Below, in pieces: positions 60,435-64,000 of a DNA stretch of 64,000 nt. The number at the start of each line of letters is the position of its first letter. Position 1 is the stretch's first letter. The position numbers and the translations under genes are program-made. Source of the DNA: Ranitomeya imitator (taxonomy: Eukaryota); assembly GCF_032444005.1 (NCBI RefSeq), contig NC_091283.1:45756001-45820000 (forward strand), given 5' to 3'. Under the pieces are notes generated by a model. The model worked only from the letters and a program-made list of their open reading frames with translations, did no database searches and was not told the DNA's origin.

Positions 60435-62009
60435 CACTGTTCAAAAAAATAAAGGGAACACTAAAATATCACATCCTAGATATCTCTGAATGAAATATTC
60501 CAGTTGCAAATTTGTATTCATTGCATAGCGGAATTTGTTCATAACAATAAAACATAACAATTATCAATATAAATTGAAATGAATATCCCATGGAGGTCTG
60601 GATTTGGAATGATACGCAAAATCAAAGTGGAAAATCAAATTGCAGGCTGATCCAACTTCAGTGGAAATGCCTCATGACAAGGAAAAGATGCTCACTATTG
60701 TGTGTGGCCTCCATGTGCCTGTATGACCTCCCTACGGTACAACGCCTGGGCATGCTCCTGATGAGGCGGCGGATGGATGGTCTCCTGAGGGATCTCCTCC
60801 CAGACCTGGACTAAAGCATCCGCCAACTCCTGGACAGTCTGTGCTGCAACGTGACATTGGGGGATGGCGTGAGACATGATGTCCCAGATGTGTTCAATCG
60901 GATTCAGGTCTGGGGAACGGGCGGCCAGTCCATAGCTTCAATGCCTTCATCTTGCAGGGACTGCTGACACACTCCAGCCACATGAGGTCTGGCATTGTCC
61001 TGCATTAGGAGGAACCCAGGGCCAACCGCACCAGCATATGGTCTCACAAGGGGTCTGAGGATCTCATCTCGGTACCTAATGGCAGTCAGGCTACCTCTGG
61101 CGAGCACATAGAGGGCTGTGCGGCCCTCCAAAGAAATGCCACCCAACACCATATCTGACCCACTGCCAAACCGGTCATACTGAAGGATGTTGCAGGCAGC
61201 AGATCGCTCTCCATGGCGTCTCCAGACTTTGTCACATGTGCTCAGCGTGAACCTGCTTTCATCTGTGAAGAGCACAGGGCGCCAGTGGCAAATTTGCCAA
61301 TCCTGTTCTGTGGCAAAGGCCAAGTGTCCTGCACGATGTTGGGGTGTGAGCACAACCCCCATCTGTGGACGTCGGGCACTCAGACCATCCTCATGGAGTT
61401 GGTTTCTAACTGTTTGTGCAGACACATGCACATTTGTGGCCTGCTGGAGGTCATTTTGCAGGGCTCTGGCAATGCTCCTCCTGTTCCTCCTTGCACAAAG
61501 GCGGAGGTAGCGGTCCTGCTGCTGGGTTGTTGCCCCCCTACGGCCCCCTCCATGTCTCCTGGTGTTCCGGCCTGTCTTCTGGTAGCGCCTCCAGCCTCTG
61601 GACACTACGCTGACAGACACAGCAAACCTTCTTGCCACAGCTCGCATTGATGTGCCATCCTTGATGAGCTGCACTAAACGAGCCACTTGTGTGGTTTGTA
61701 GAGTCCATCTCGTGCTACCACAAGTGCGAAAGCACAACCAACATTCAAAAGTGACCAAAACATCAGTCAGAAAGCATTGGTACTGAGATGTAGTCTGTGG
61801 TCCCCACCTGCAGAACCACTCCTTTATTGAGGATGTCTTGATAATTGCCAATCATTTCCATCTGTTGTCTATTCCATTTGCACAACAGCATGTGAAATTG
61901 ATTGTCAAACAGTGTTGTTCCTAAGTGGACAGTCTGATTTCACAGAAGTTTGATTTACTTGGAGTTATATTCTGTTGTTTAAGTGTTCCCTTTATTTTTT
62001 TGAGCAGTG
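60435..62009 (-). mobile_element. Full-length Tc1 element with a decayed transposase
   Basis: TA|CACTGTTCAAAAAAATAAAGGGAACAC...GTGTTCCCTTTATTTTTTTGAGCAGTG|TA. TDES and QDNA motifs present. Start codon appears as ACG (61711-61713); frameshift at MDWP before SPDLNPIE. Confidence 0.9.
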
Positions 62010-62098
62010 TATAACAGGGTGGGGAACATATATAACAGGATGGGGAACATGTATACTACCCGGATGGAGGTCATATATATCATGATGTGGTATATATA

Positions 62099-63710
62099 CA
62101 GGTCCTTCTCAAAAAATTAGCATATAGTGTTAAATTTCATTATTTACCATAATGTAATGATTACAATTAAACTTTCATATATTATAGATTCATTATCCAC
62201 CAACTGAAATTTGTCAGGTCTTTTATTGTTTTAATACTGATGATTTTGGCATACAACTCCTGATAACCCAAAAAACCTGTCTCAATAAATTAGCATATCA
62301 AGAAAAGGTTCTCTAAACGACCTATTACCCTAATCTTCTGAATTAACTAATTAACTCTAAACACATGCAAAAGATACCTGAGGCTTTTATAAACTCCCTG
62401 CCTGGTTCATTACTCAAAACCCCCATCATGGGTAAGACTAGCGACCTGACAGATGTCAAGAAGGCCATCATTGACACCCTCAAGCAAGAGGGTAAGACCC
62501 AGAAAGAAATTTCTCAACAAATAGGCTGTTCCCAGAGTGCTGTATCAAGGCACCTCAATGGTAAGTCTGTTGGAAGGAAACAATGTGGCAGAAAACGCTG
62601 TACAACGAGAAGAGGAGACCGGACCCTGAGGAAGATTGTGGAGAAGGACCGATTCCAGACCTTGGGGAACCTGAGGAAGCAGTGGACTGAGTCTGGTGTG
62701 GAAACATCCAGAGCCACCGTGCACAGGCGTGTGCAGGAAATGGGCTACAGGTGCCGCATTCCCCAGGTAAAGCCACTTTTGAACCATAAACAGCGGCAGA
62801 GGCGCCTGACCTGGGCTACAGAGAAGCAGCACTGGACTGTTGCTAAGTGGTCCCAAGTACTTTTTTCTGATGAAAGCAAATTTTGCATGTCATTCGGAAA
62901 TCAAGGTGCCAGAGTCTGGAGGAAGACTGGGGAGAAGGAAATGCCAAAATGCCTGAAGTCCAGTGTCAAGTACCCACAGTCAGTGATGGTGTGGGGTGCC
63001 ATGTCAGCTGCTGGTGTTGGTCCACTGTGTTTCATCAAGGGCAGGGTCAATGCAGCTAGCTATCAGGAGATTTTGGAGCACTTCATGCTTCCATCGGCTG
63101 AAATGCTTTATGGAGATGAAGATTTCATTTTTCAGCACGACCTGGCACCTGCTCACAGTGCCAAAACCACTGGTAAATGGTTTACTGACCATGGTATTAC
63201 TGTGCTCAATTGGCCTGCCAACTCTCCTGACCTGAACCCCATAGAGAATCTGTGGGATATTGTGAAAAGAAAGTTGAGAGACGCAAGACCCAACACTCTG
63301 GATGAGCTTAAGGCCACTATTGAAGCATCCTGGGCCTCCATAACATCTCAGCAGTGTCACAGGCTGATTGCCTCCATGCCACGCCGCATTGAAGCAGTCA
63401 TTTCTGCCAAAGGATTCCCGACCAAGTATTGAGTGCATAACTGAACATTATTATTTGTTGGTTTTTTTGTTTGTTATTAAAAAACACTTTTATTTGATTG
63501 GATGGGTGAAATATGCTAATTTATTGAGACAGGTTTTCTGGGTTATCAGGAGTTGTATGCCAAAATCATCAGTATTAAAACAATAAAAGACCTGACAAAT
63601 TTCAGTTGGTGGATAATGAATCTATAATATATGAAAGTTTAATTGTAATCATTACTTTATGGTAAATAATGAAATTTAACACTATATGCTAATTTTTTGA
63701 GAAGGACCTG
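62099..63710 (+). mobile_element. Intact IR/DR-type Tc1 element
   Basis: TA TSDs; 200-bp TIRs (62099-62298 and 63511-63710) with 2 mismatches; AAATTAGCATAT at both ends of each TIR. Confidence 0.95.
62428..63432 (+). CDS. Tc1 DD34E transposase, 334 aa, intact
   Basis: MGKTSDLTDVKKAII...GRKR...FSDESKF...FQHDLAPAH...SPDLNPIE...KGFPTKY*; exactly 34 residues between the second D and E. Confidence 0.93.
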   Translation: MGKTSDLTDVKKAIIDTLKQEGKTQKEISQQIGCSQSAVSRHLNGKSVGRKQCGRKRCTTRRGDRTLRKIVEKDRFQTLGNLRKQWTESGVETSRATVHRRVQEMGYRCRIPQVKPLLNHKQRQRRLTWATEKQHWTVAKWSQVLFSDESKFCMSFGNQGARVWRKTGEKEMPKCLKSSVKYPQSVMVWGAMSAAGVGPLCFIKGRVNAASYQEILEHFMLPSAEMLYGDEDFIFQHDLAPAHSAKTTGKWFTDHGITVLNWPANSPDLNPIENLWDIVKRKLRDARPNTLDELKATIEASWASITSQQCHRLIASMPRRIEAVISAKGFPTKY

Positions 63711-64000
63711 TACAGGAGGATGGGGGACATTACTATATAATGGGGTGCAACTTGTTTGTCCTTATAGGATTTAGAACGCTATAAAGGCCCATACATCTGA
63801 CCTACATGCGGGTTGGGGTCCAAGTTTTGCACCGGTGCCCATCGGACTCTAGTTTGCGCCAGTGACTGTAAGGATATCATTTTAAATCCTTTTAATATGA
63901 CATTTGATAATTTAGACAGACGGCACCTTTCGCAGCAGGAGACATATAGAGTGCTACACTACCGGAATGTGATGTGAATTCCTTCTGACACATTGTCATT

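Overview
Vertebrate genomic DNA, most likely a frog (inferred from the transposon families). It carries the conserved B3GNT8-BCKDHA-EXOSC5 block. B3GNT8 (+) has one coding exon. BCKDHA (-) has 9 coding exons giving 431 aa. EXOSC5 (+) has 6 coding exons giving 214 aa and one U12-type intron. BCKDHA and EXOSC5 share a ~220-bp bidirectional promoter. Most of the rest is intronic minisatellite and transposon sequence. The richest region is EXOSC5 intron 1, where a dead Tc1 element hosts three independent insertions. The first is a ~325-nt repeat carrying type I hammerhead ribozymes (retrozyme/satellite-2-like) in an inverted 2.3-monomer array. The second is a Penelope-like inverted fragment. The third is a T2 MITE. 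A nearly intact DIRS1-type tyrosine-recombinase retrotransposon sits inside the Penelope-like fragment. Its sequence suggests a splice-coded expression scheme: one leader exon with staggered ATGs and one donor feeding three acceptors in front of gag, RT and YR. The RT and YR acceptors are also in phase with EXOSC5 exon 1. The right end of the window holds a Helitron, a dead Tc1 and an intact young Tc1. All coordinates were read by eye; no database searches or folding calculations were run.
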